Shown here: positions 42,521-56,880 of the stretch, in pieces
Layout: each line of letters opens with the position of its first letter
Numbering within the stretch: the stretch's first letter is position 1
Assembly: GCF_009914755.1 (NCBI RefSeq)
Contig: NC_060928.1
Strand: one strand, 5' to 3'
Source of the DNA: the human T2T-CHM13v2.0 reference genome, Homo sapiens
Length of the DNA: 64,000 nucleotides
Translations under genes and position numbers: made by a program
Notes under the pieces: generated by a model
The model's database searches: none
Seen by the model: only the letters and a program-made list of their open reading frames with translations
What the model was told of the DNA's origin: nothing

Positions 42521-42985
42521 ATGAAGATTTGGGTCACTCCACCAGGAAAATAACCGTGACCTGCTGGGGTGTTTGCTGAAGGCAAAGGGAATAACACAGA
42601 ATGGGTAGTAGAAGAAGGTAGTCATCAATAACAGCTATGACCATGTGACCAGATACAGAAAGGAGGACTGTAATTGTCATGAGTATTTCCTCCTTCTTTT
42701 GTTAAAAACATGTTTGTGCATGAATACACTTCTACTAAGAAAATATCTTCATTTTATTTTCTTTCTCCTTTATCATGTGACATAAAATTTATTTATTTCA
42801 TATCAGCACCTAAGTATTGTTAACTTTATTTAATAGCATTTGGGTTGGGGATTGGTGCATTTCCAGTTGTGTGAAGGATAGTTGTATTATGTTAGGCATA
42901 ATTATGACCTTATTATTGTCTTTATTTGAAGATTATATATCATCTCAGGAGATGTGTATGGGTTCAAGTTGACAAGCGGTGGACT

Positions 42986-43430
42986 TGTGATGGTTAATAC
43001 AGAGTATCAACTTGATTGGATTGAAGGACACAAAGTATTGATCCTGGGTATGTCTGTGAGGGCATTGCCAAAGGAGATTAACATTTGAGTCATTGGGCTG
43101 GGAAAGGCAGACCCACCTTTAATCTGGGTAGGCACCATCTAATCAGCTGCCAGTGAATATAATGCAGGCAGAAAAGCAAGAAAAGGCTAAACTGGCTTAG
43201 CCTCGCAGCCTACATCTTTCTCCCATGCTGGATGCTTTCTCCCATGCTTCCTGCCCTCACATATTGGACTCCAAGTTCTTCGGTTTTGGGACTCGGACTG
43301 GCTCTCCTTGTTCCTCAGCTTGCAGACAGCCTATTGAGGGACCTTTTGGTTGTGTGAGTTAATACTTAAGAAACCCTCCTTTATACATATATTATTTGTT
43401 CTGTCTCTCTAGAGAACTTTGACTAATACA
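42986..43430 (+). mobile_element. 3' LTR (MLT2A), complete
   Basis: tgtgatggttaata...gactaataca with TG...CA ends. Confidence 0.95.
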
Positions 43431-43651
43431 ACATTGAATAAAATATTATATATTATTTTCTTAATTAAATGTACATTCCTTACGTGTTTTTCAAGTGTAC
43501 ATATGTTTGAGGACATTCATTAATTTATAATAAGTGTCTGTGGGAAAAAAGAAAAGGGAATTGTTGATCAGGGAAGACACATCAGAATAAGACATAGAGA
43601 ACAAAATGACAGGAGGGAAAGAAATAGAGGAGAAGAAAGTCCTTACATATA

Positions 43652-44008
43652 TAGGTTCAGTAATCCTTAATCTGAAATGCTTGGGAACAGAAGTGTTTTT
43701 GATTGCAGATCTTTTCAGATTTTTGAATATTTTCATAAACGTAATGAGATGTCTTAGGGATGACACCCAAGTCTGAACAAAAAATTTGTGTTTCATATAT
43801 ACCTTATACACATAACTTGAAGGTAACTTTATACAGTATTTTACATATTTTTGCACATGAAACAACATTTTGCCTATGTTTTGACTCTGACCCATCACAT
43901 GAGGTCAGGTGTGAAGTTTTACACTTCTGGCATTATGTCAGTACTCAAAAAGTTTCAGATTTTTGAGCATTTCAGATTTTAGTTTTCCTATGAGGAATGC
44001 TCAATCTG
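43652..44008. mobile_element. Tigger4/MER46-like TcMar MITE
   Basis: Degenerate TIRs taggttcagtaatcctt / gaggaatgctcaatctg with TA on both flanks; internal tctgaaatgcttgggaacagaagtgttt. Confidence 0.8.
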
Positions 44009-46017
44009 TATCTCAAAAATAAACTCAATCCACTTTGTATCTGAATATTAAAAAAATTTAATTGCTGTATCTAATCACCATGATATATGAGGTGATTAAG
44101 ATAAAAGAACAAATTTATATATTTATATTAAAAATTTTTGTTAAATAGGGCTATCTATGGAAAGCTACATAATAGGAGAACAAAAATGCCAAAACTATCT
44201 AGAAAAGTTAAAGCAAACTTCACAGCCAAGAAAATATGTGAGTACCATATAAAGAATGAGAAAACATTCTTGAGGGAAAAAAGATAAGAAAAGTGAGACA
44301 TTCTTTTATCAAATCTAGATGACACTACAGAATAGGACTTCAAAGTGTTATAACTTATTTTCAATCTTCCAATTTGAAGTTTTGACACTGACTAGTCTCA
44401 GATTTGAATCTATCCTCTCTAACTCTATAGAGTCCATGCTCTCAATCTCAAAATAAATGAAGTTACACAAAATAAAGCCTTATCCTTGAGCAAATACTGG
44501 ATTTTTCAATATAAATATGTACTCTTCATGTCTGAGTTTTCCACAGCATTTTACACATTGTCTTGCTCAAGAGATGCTGAATATTTGATACGTGGTTTGA
44601 AATTTTATATAACTAGTATAATTAGGCACCATAATAGACCAGTCCAATTTTATACAGTTTAAATCAGTTATTACTTACTCTCATAAACTGTTGTTTTCTC
44701 AAATTGAAAGTGCTATCTCTATCTACATATTTGATGAAGGAAACTTTTCTACTAACATTTTGACTAAAGTTTGCAGTACACTTAAACAGAATTAGTGCAA
44801 ATAATTACAGCCTCATTGTGGCTAAAAAAAGGAACTAATAAAATCAATTTTAACATTCATCAGATTTGTGTCTGAAAATTTGATTTTCAATAATTAGACA
44901 TATTGATGTTTCTAAATAATATTCAATATCATATTTTTCTAAAATTTGACTCTCTTCAAATTGACCATATTTTCTTATCTTAACACAATTGAATTGAGAA
45001 TAGATAGAAGTGTTGGAATTTATAAGTATTGTGTTTCTAAACCAACATAGCTAAACAAATACTCAATTAAAGTAACTACCCAACTACTGATTTTCTGAAG
45101 GAAAAACTTGCCGATGTTTATCAAATCAAGATTAATAAATTTGTGTCAATCTCAGTTGTCAATAAGTATGTGAACATCGATAATAGCAGATTAGGTCAGT
45201 TTCATTATGTTTATAATCTTTGTTTTATGTCTCTTAATTAGAACTACTAATCAGTTTAATGGTTGTGGTAATTCTTGTTATTTTGATAAGAAAACTTAAA
45301 GACTGTAAGATTCTTTACTTTTTATTTTAACTAGTTATAGGTCTATTTTCCTGGCCACTGTTACCTACTTAGCACTGTTGCTTCCAGAGCTAACTAAATT
45401 GCATAACCCTCAGGAGTGTGCTTTATTTTTGCTTATTCTTTCACCCTGAAAAAATGACTTTAAAGATTTGAATGATAATATGACCTCTCAAGTCCATAGA
45501 TATATCCCATGGTGATAACAAGGAGAGATTGTTTTCTTACACCAGTCTCTTTTTCAAAAGGAAACTTGAGCTTTGATTTCTTTGGGCCCTGTTGCTGTTT
45601 ATATTCAGAGACACAATGTCATAGATCTACAGTGTTGCAATTTAAAAATTCCCCTGTGGCTGTAAACCAGGAGTAAAAATCCATAGCTAGCCAATCATAT
45701 TGCATATATTTTAGACATGGAAGACATAAAATCATCTCTTTATATTGAGTTATTCTCAATTTATTGCATACACAATGTACCCTTGCAGTATTGAACATAG
45801 ACAGCTTACATTTAATTTGATTTAAAGAAGAGAATTGCATTCCATACTCATCAAGTCATCCTGCAGGTCTTTGAAGAAGTACTAAATTTTGAAGTGCATA
45901 ACTAGTGAGGCAATTTTAATCCTAACCAAGCATGGCATGAAATAAACATGCAAATGGCAAACAGAAAGCTGTTAATTTGTGTGAGAAGTTAAAGTTAAAA
46001 AAAAAACAAGTTGATAG

Positions 46018-47781
<1,764 letters not shown>

Positions 47782-49164
47782 AAAACCAAGATGATAAAAG
47801 CAGTTAGTTTGTGCTACTACAGAATGGAATCCACAATTCACATCCTGAGGGAGTGACAAACCAATCATTTAATGCTGTGTCAACACATGTATCTTGTCTT
47901 TCATTAGTAAACTCTCCAGCTGGTTTGTACACTGTCAGAAGTGGACCACCTACTGAAATTCATAGAGGTGTGGAAACTGGCATGGTTTAATAATTCTGTT
48001 TTGTTTAACTTTCTTCCTTATCCTATCTGAAACAATTTTTTTCTGTTTTTAGAACAAGTATGTATTAGCTTCATTTATGAAGTAAATGTTTAAAATATTT
48101 ATTATTCAAATGACCTACTTTCCTCTTAATTCCTTAGAGCACTTTGAATATCCTAGCCAATCGAGGATTACATTTGCCCGTAAATTACCCATGCTTTATC
48201 TCTCCACACAGTCTGCCCCACATCATCTGTGAATAAATAACCATAAAAAATAAATGGAGAGGAAAGACAACTGCATCCGTCTCCCTTTCTTTCTGAAAAG
48301 TGTTCTACTGAGATGCTGGTTAATGATCTAAGAAGTAGTATAGATTCAAAAGATTTTCCACTCCTCCAGACCAACCCTCCCCTGGACAAACCTGTTCAAT
48401 TTAAGTCTTTTCTTCTATTTGACATTGCTTATAGGAAATGAATGAGTAAATAAATATTTAAACAATAGTACATGAAATCTATGAAACACAATTAAGTAAA
48501 AGCCCAGGAAATGGAAAGATAACTAGATATAAAAATTTTCAAGAATATAATATGATTTCCTCAAACATTTGCTAAACATAGTCAAGAGTAAGATAAAAGC
48601 TACTCTAATTTTTAATTTTGACAAACAAGGACATATTTATTTTAGAAAATATTACATTTCTTGTAAAATTAATTACTGGGATTATTTTTTATTAATGTGA
48701 GTCATAAGGACTTTTATACCAAATGCAGAATAGTTAAGCACAGGAATCGTGTGCCTGTTTAATATTATAAGTAGTAGTGTTCGTAAAATTAAAATTAAAA
48801 TGTCTACTTCAATCACATACATGTTCCTCATTTAAACTGATAATCCCTCTTCTAATAAAACAGTATTTCTTTAAAAATCCTATTTTTTTAAATTAAAGAA
48901 GAATTTAGACATTTTTGCTCTTTTAACGAAGCAATCAAATAAAGGTGACTGAGCTCAGTAAAAAGCTTTTGGGTAAAATCAAAAAATGCCATAATAATTT
49001 TAAATATTGGACCTATATGCATTATAATCAGAATGCAAGTAAATTCTAAAAGAGAAAAATTAAAACTTAGACTATTAGCTAGATTGTTGAAATACATGTG
49101 TAAATATTTAAAATGATTGATGTATAGCAGATATTTTAAAAACATAACATCTGATATGTATTTG

Positions 49165-49363
49165 TTTCTCCTGTCTCAGCCTCCTGAGTAGCTGGGACTA
49201 CAGGTGCCCACCACCACGCCCGGCTAATTTCTTTTTTGTATTTTTGGTAGAGATGGGGTTTCACTGTGTTAGCCAGGATGGTCTCCATCTCCTGACCTTG
49301 TGATCCTCCTGCTTCAGCCTCCCAAACTGCTGGGATTACAGCCGTGAGCCACCGCGCCCAGCC
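49165..49363 (-). mobile_element. 3'-truncated Alu (AluY/Sc8-like)
   Basis: Left arm plus part of the right arm (ctgtgttagccaggatggtctc); the last ~80 bp and the tail are absent. Confidence 0.92.
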
Positions 49364-50633
49364 TTTTTTTTTTTTTTTTTTTTTTACTATTTCTTGTTTA
49401 GTATAAGGTGAGCTTTGTACTTTTGGAGATCTATGAACAACAACCCCACCCCAAATTTAAAAATACAATGAAATAATTTCTAATTAAACACTAAGTCATT
49501 AGATGTAAAATACATTAATTCATTATTTGCTTTATAATATTGGAAATATTATAAATATAACTATGTTTAGTTTTTAAAATCATAGAGATTTTAAAATAAA
49601 GTTATTTTTTCTTTTTCTAAGATTTATTTTTAGTTTTCTAAACTTATTTTGAATAAAATGTTCTTCATAGAAAACTGAATATTTTCATAAGGATGCTTTA
49701 ATTGCTTAAAATGTGTAAAGTTAAAATTATTTAAAAATTAAAATTTGAAATAAGCCTTAATTTCAGTAAATTGGACAACTATACCTTTTGAAATACATCA
49801 AATTGCAAACATTTAAATGAAGAACCATTTGCTTTAAATAATTAAACATTTGCTTCATAACATTTGCACCATTAGCTTGTTCAAAAAAAGACTTAATCTT
49901 AGTAGGTTAAAAACTACTGCTAATTCTGATTCAAGTGAATTCAATTTTAAGACTTGCATGATATAAGTAGTGAAGAATTTTAAACATAATTTGTTTTTAA
50001 AATATTAATTGAAAATCAGGTGAAAATGCTTTTCATATAGTTGAGGAAAACCCACAGGTATAAAGGTTGAGTAACATCAGCTTCCAGTGAAGTTTCCAAA
50101 GCTTCTAAGCTTTCATCTGGATTCTCATAATTTGGAAAGCTGCAATGGTGCTGTATTTATAAATAACCACCTTAAGCTAAAAAGACATTATTGATATTAA
50201 AAGTAAATCTTTGTTTGTGAACTGTAGTTCGTATAATTTCTACCTTAAGAAATATATAATATTAAACCTTAATATTTAATATATGTGAAAATTTCACTTC
50301 TAAACCACCAGTAGCCTATCACTATCATTGTGAAATTAACATTGATTCTCTAAAAAATGTATTTAAATAATTTTACAATCACAGCCTTTCTTCTCATGTT
50401 AGTTTTACAGCATATGCAAATATTCTGTTTGAAGTGTTTTTATTTGTTCATTTGTTAGGTTTGTTTTTCTAACTGTTTTACCACAGGAAGTTTGTGGCTT
50501 GGCTTTTTCCTTTTGCTTGCAATTTTTAAAATTGATTTTAGATTTTCCATGAGAAAAGTATTGCAGACAATTTCAATGATAAAAATGTTAAGATTATATT
50601 TTCTCAACAAGAACTCAGCCAACCCTGTATGTA

Positions 50634-50636
<3 letters not shown>

Positions 50637-50672
<36 letters not shown>
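50637..50672. repeat. (TG)n microsatellite
   Basis: Read directly. Confidence 0.95.
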
Positions 50673-50676
<4 letters not shown>

Positions 50677-52598
50677 ATACTGAAGACATCTTCTAAAAAA
50701 CTGGGAGTATCAGATACCATAAAAAATTTCTGATCTGAAGGTGTGTCAAAATGTAGCCAGGAACAATATTTCTTAAGAGAAGCACCACTCGATTGTTTCA
50801 CTTAATATATCTGGTTTGGGTTGAATAGAAGATGTCTATACCAGAGCATTAACAAACATTGTAATTTGCTGGGGTCAGCCAGGGCTGAGGCTCTGAGATT
50901 GAAAGTCATGTTAAATTATGCTATCAGCTTTCAAAACCTCATTAGACTTAACCCATTTAGGCGCCACTGACTTCTCGGAATCACCAATAGAACCCTAATC
51001 AGAAAACCACAGAGCAGCCAGTCTTCTGCTATCAAAAACCTCAGTACAATTTGTGTATTAATATTTCAAAAAGTTTGTAGAAACACGTACTCTCTGCTGA
51101 GCACTACAACCAGTTCAGATACAGTTACAGTCAGTCATCCTGGCTAGAGCTGCTGACTGCTCTCCGTCTGTGTCTGGACTTGGCAACTGGAGAGAGAAAA
51201 AGACAGCAGAAAATGAAACGAATGCGTTCATTTGATTTGTGATTAATAAATTCCCATAATTGGAGAGTCAGACAACCAGTAAACAGAAGACTATAAGTTA
51301 CAGGAAAATGAGAATTTTATCCTGTAATATAGCCATCTGATTTTGAATACAACTATACTACCTTGTTTTTTCAGGAGAAGCAATTTTTGAAGCTTTGTTT
51401 TTTTCTAATGTTCTCCAAAATATTTAACATAATTTTCACCATGAATTGGTAACAATAAAGTCTGAGCAATATACAACAAAGTAGTGCAATTGAAAGGTTT
51501 TATAACTTATAGAAAATCAATTGATCTGTTTATTTATAATGAGGAAAATCTCATAATATTTAAATTTCCTTACTTATAATGGCACATATTTATTAACATG
51601 GGCCCCTAAAGCGAAAATATTTACAGATACTTCTAAAAAGTTAGAATCTCAAATTTAAATAAGACAGTTTAAAATAAAGTTATACTAAAACAAATTAAAA
51701 AGTACTGTTTTAATTATAATTTTGATACTTCACATGTTATTTAAAGTAAATTGATTATGATATTGAAATGGAAACCAGAATAAACAATCACATGACTAAG
51801 ACAGGCGTATTTTCCATACTATACGATTTTGAATATGAAATTTTCTTTGATATATTTAATTAGATATGGAGGATGTTAAAAATCTCCATGGCATGATATA
51901 AACCATAGACCTATGGAAGTTCTTGATTATTACATTTTTTAGTTGTTTTTACTGAATCACAGGGCACTGGCCTTATCAGTAGTCAAGGTCTACTCTAGTT
52001 CAGCTCCACCATGAGCTAATAAGTAGCACTGACAAGTCAATATGCTTGACATCTTTAGTGTGAACTCACACCTGAGACCCCTTACAGTCCCACTCTAATT
52101 TGCCTACAACAAAATCTTATGTGTGCATGCACACTTATATGAACATAAACACGATGTTCTATTGTCATCCAGATCTGTCTGAATATAATGAATATTTTAT
52201 TAAAGAATGCTATGATTTATATAAAAATATGAGCACACAACCATCTTCAACAGCTCTGATTTTAAAGGGGAGCTTCATAGCGTTTTCACCTCTTTCAGAT
52301 GTAGATGTGCCTGTTACAGAGCTAATGAAGTGAGAAACAGACAGTGGATACCCTTTTCCTTGATATATTATTCTTATTATTCTGCGCCATGATGTACTTT
52401 GGTCTGGCTGATAGTGCTGCAATTTACGTGAAGTTGAGGAATATTTCTCATCATACCAAACAGAGAGATTGAATAAATTTATGTATCTGAATTTGTATTG
52501 CAGCTAGCTCTTCAGTTTTATAATCTTTCAGTAATTAGAATTAAAATTGTTCTTCTTAACTTACTATTTTTTGCATAGAGAAATTTCATAAATCTCCA

Positions 52599-52923
52599 TT
52601 TTCTTTCTTTCTTTTTTTTTTTTTTTTTTGGATACAGAGCCTTGCTCTGTTGCCCAGGCTGGAGTTCAGTGGTGCAATCGCTGCTCACTCCAACTTCCTG
52701 GGTTCAAGCCTCCTGGGTTCAAGCAGTTCTCCTTCCTCAGACTACTGAGTGGCTTGGATTACAGGTGTGAGTCACCACCCCTGGCTAATTTTTTGTATTT
52801 TTAGTAAAGACGGGGTTTCACCATGTTGGACAGGATGGTATCAAACTCCTGACCTCAGGTGATCCGTCCCCCTTCTGCCTCCCAAAGTGCTGGGATTATA
52901 GGCATGCACCACCATGCCTGGCC
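52599..52923 (-). mobile_element. Alu (AluSx-like) with a small internal duplication
   Basis: Poly-T plus antisense dimer; tcctgggttcaagc occurs twice (52696-52724). Confidence 0.95.
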
Positions 52924-55912
52924 CTCCTCTGTTATCTTTTAAAATGTTGAGTATGTTAAAAGAAAAATGAACATCTATCTAAATAATAAGACATAACAAT
53001 AAATGAACATCTGTTACCTCTCCTAAAATTACAACATAACCAATAATTAAGTCCTACTCCTAATCCATCCGCCTTCCTCCCAGAACCAGTTCCCAGAAAT
53101 AAACATTATTCTGCTCTCAGCACTGAGTTTTCCTAGTTGTAGCAGTTGAAAACAAAGAAAAAACAGTTCTTTGTATTCTCAGACATGTTCAGTCACTATA
53201 TGAACACAATTGCTCATCTAGTTCAATCTCCTCAGTGCCTCTGTGATCAAAACTATAACGTAGATTTGAACACAAATAGCTTTTAGGGCCAGCAAGTTAA
53301 TATTGCCATGAGTGTGAGGTAATTTGCAGCCCATAGGCAATAGAACATAAAAGCCAAAATGAAATCCTCAGCTCTTCAAAAAAAGTGTGATTATAATTAT
53401 GAACATTCCAGCTACTACTTGCCAGTCTTTATTTTAGGCAAATGAGGAAAAGATCTGACAATAACCATGGGATCACCTAGTCAGATTACCATGAGAAACT
53501 TCAAGAAGCCGTGTAAAAATACAAGACCTTGCTTACCCACCATGAAGTAACAAAAATGTTTTATTCTATTCAGCATTAGCACTTTCTTCTCTGGTTATAT
53601 GGAAGCATTAGAACATTCTGAATACAACATCTAGCAAATCCCATTTCTAAAGGAATTTTTACAGATTATCATTTTTCCCTGAAGTGATTATAATACAAAT
53701 ACATTTGCAAATGTTTATGCCAAGAAATGTTTAAAATATATCTGAAATCTGGTGGCAATTTTGTTATTTGGGTTAAGGGTTTTTAATGCCTTCAGTAACA
53801 AGTTATTTTGTAGATGTGAATGTTGTCATTAGGTATTAAATTACTTTGGCTACAATGTTATCAATTGCTTTGAGGGATACATAATAGCATGTAATTAGTA
53901 ATGTTACATAGTCCTTATATCAAAAGGCTATTTTGTAGTGCCCTTATATGCTTGCTTATAAAGTAAAGGTTTTTTATTTTACACTTAAGTTAGAACATTC
54001 ACTTATATTTTGAAAGTAAATGCTCTTTCATAATATATAACACATGACAAATAAATTTAAATTCTACTAAACCAATTAACAAGACAGTCCTAAACGGAGG
54101 GAAAAAATAAATTACTTATGTTTCTTACTGAATAATCATAGTTTCACCTGAAGTATATGCATCAAATATGTTCCTAAATGGTAATGTACTATGTCAGTGT
54201 AATTCTGTAAAACTATAACTATAGATATAAACGTAGTTGAATTAAGGTATATCTATTAGTTTTAGCTTTGGATCTTAAAATGACAGAAGACGACACAGAA
54301 TCTGTCTCATCTATAATTGAATGTATGAAAGAACTGAGTATGTAGGTCTAATTTTGGATCCATTGAGAGTGCTTCACTGAGTAAATGAGAATGATGTGAA
54401 GGGATTGCAAAGGGAAAAAAAGATGCTTTTATAAAGGTATACATGGAACTGCATATTCTAGCTTTTTGATGTTAGATTTTAAGTGAGAACATGTAAGTTT
54501 TTCAGATAAACAAATATACGAAGTTAGCTTCCAAATAATTGGCAATTTCATGCCCCATGTATAGGAGATTTTACTTGCCAAGAATGTTTTAAGCATATTG
54601 ATTAGGTGTTAGAAACAGCACTTAAGGCTTTTTTTTTCCCCCACCAAGATTAAATTAGCACAGGTTTGCCAAATAATGTACCCTATTTAGAAGGAAATTT
54701 AACAGAAGTCCATACTATAATTTTTCTGGCTATAGCAAGGTTTAACCCAACAATGACTACCCGTTTTTTATTTAGACCCACAATTATGACACATAATTGG
54801 TCAATCAGAAGAAGGATTTACACTCAACAGCAACAAAGCAAAAGTAACTGTTCTCTGTATAGAACATTACCTGAAGTATAGAACATAACCTGAACTCAAC
54901 TAGCTGAGTAAATAAGTACGGATCATTTATTTACCATGGATCATGTGACTATGTCTGTGTTGGACATTGTTGCTACCTTGGCCATAGGTTTTTCTGTTTT
55001 GTTTTGTTTTTCATGTGTAAAGAGAAACTACTGATTATGTAGTTGAAAGAGACTTTTGTAATTGTTGATTCACAATCTAAACTCTTAGTTATTTTGAAAG
55101 GAGTAAAAATGCAGTAAAACCTGAACATATTCTGTAACATTTTTTAAAAGAATGAATCAATTTTTAAGCAATTTTTAAGAGTATGTATTACATATTCAAA
55201 TATAAGATATTTGGACCACCAAATATTGTTGAACCACTAAATTATTGTTAACCTGGATGCTTGTAGGAGTAATAATTCCACAATAGTAAGCTTTATTTGT
55301 TATATACATCATTTATTATTTTTCTGTGTCTTCAAACCAAGGTAATTATTATATTTAGGATATTTTTTCTTTGGAAAATACATTTTAAAGTGTTTACATT
55401 TGTCTTACTTTATACACAGATATTCTACAGAGAAGATGTAGAAAAATGTGATCTTGTTTTACCATAAAAATTACATGATGATAACAGTAATATATTACCT
55501 TTATTTCTGATATATGTTTAGTTAACATGTGTTTCTAACACTTTACATGTATTTTACTTTGCCATAGTCAGATAATCAAATAGTTTATGGGCCAAACTAG
55601 ATGTTCTAAAACCTGTCAGAACTGTTAACTAGTTTTTGTTTGTTTGTTTGTTTCATTTTGTTTTGTTTTTTACTGACAGCCAGTCTCTACCTCAAGTGAG
55701 ATATTTTGATTTACTTCTTAGTAGTAAGACTCAAACATTTCCATATATTAAATGATCCCCAGTTCATTCAAATCTTTAGGTAACATCTTAAAAAATAGAG
55801 AAAAGCAAATGTAAATAAAATTAATGTTTCTTGACTTATGAACCAAAATTCCTTGAAAGCAGATGACCAATTACAATTTATATGTTGTCTAAGTATCAAG
55901 TTTTTACATTGA

Positions 55913-56166
55913 CTTTCTTTCTTTCTTTCTTTCTTTCTTTCCTTCTTTCTTTCTTCTTTTCTCTCTCTCTCTCCCCTCCCCTCCCCTCTCCTTCATTCCT
56001 TCCTTCCTTTCGTTCTTCCTTTCTTCTTTTTCTTTCTTCTTTCTTTCTTTCTTTCTTTTTCTTTCTTTCTTTCTTTCTTCTTTTCTTTCTCTCTCTCTCT
56101 CCCCTCCCCTCTCCTTCATTCCTTCCTTCCTTTCATTCTTCCTTTCTTCTTTTTCTTTTTCTTTCT

Positions 56167-56214
<48 letters not shown>

Positions 56215-56237
56215 TCATTTTTTTCTCTCTTTCTCTC
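55913..56237. repeat. Polypyrimidine compound microsatellite (CTTT/CCTT/CT/CCCCT)
   Basis: ~325 bp almost entirely C/T on the + strand. Confidence 0.97.
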
Positions 56238-56672
56238 ATCTATGGTCATGTAAAGGCATGAAATCATTAAAGTCATGTAATATTAAATATATTGATTATA
56301 TTTTGTAGACAAGTCCCAGCATCTAAAAAAAAAATTTTTAAATGAAAAGACTCTTATAGCATATCTTGCAAATATTAATCACAAAAAAGTTCCTTTTAAT
56401 TACAGAATAAAATATATCTTTGATGATATAATCTGAACATAAATGGCAAAAAATAGTTGTCTAATTGTTCATTAAGTTTTTCACATTCATTAATTGTTGT
56501 AGATAACTGTATAAATATAGATACGCTTTAGAACATTTGAAATATAGATTATTATGAAAGTGTAATTTTTCTTTCAATGATTAAAACATTTATAGATGTA
56601 TACAATATATTCTTATAATCTTCTTTTCTCTTTTTAAGATCTCACCATTTCACTTTATTAATTTTCCTAGAT

Positions 56673-56880
56673 CATTAGTTCTCAAACTTGAACATGCATC
56701 AGACAAGTTTAAGTTTGAGAACTAAGGCTCTAGAAGTACTTAAGACACAGATTGCTGGGCCTCACCCACAGAGTCTCTAATTATTAGGTCTGAGAAGGAG
56801 CTATATAACTTGCGGTCTATCAAGATCCCACCCAGTTAGTGCTGATACTACTGTTCTAGTAATTCCACTTTGAAAACTAG
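56673..56880. mobile_element. MER5A-like hAT-Charlie MITE
   Basis: gttctcaaacttgaacatgcatcaga...acacagattgctgggcctcaccc...cactttgaaaacta. Confidence 0.8.

Larger units (their letters stand above)
36566..43430 (+). mobile_element. HERV-L / ERV-L provirus (MLT2A LTRs), defective
   Basis: Two direct LTRs, 5-bp TSD-like acata/acatt, PPT-like gacaagcggtggact before the 3' LTR, and gag/pro/RT/RNaseH/IN/dUTPase remnants in order with no env. Confidence 0.95.

Noticed and set aside
55882-56253. F/L/S-rich and K/E/R-rich ORFs
   Set aside because: They are translations of the CT-rich microsatellite.
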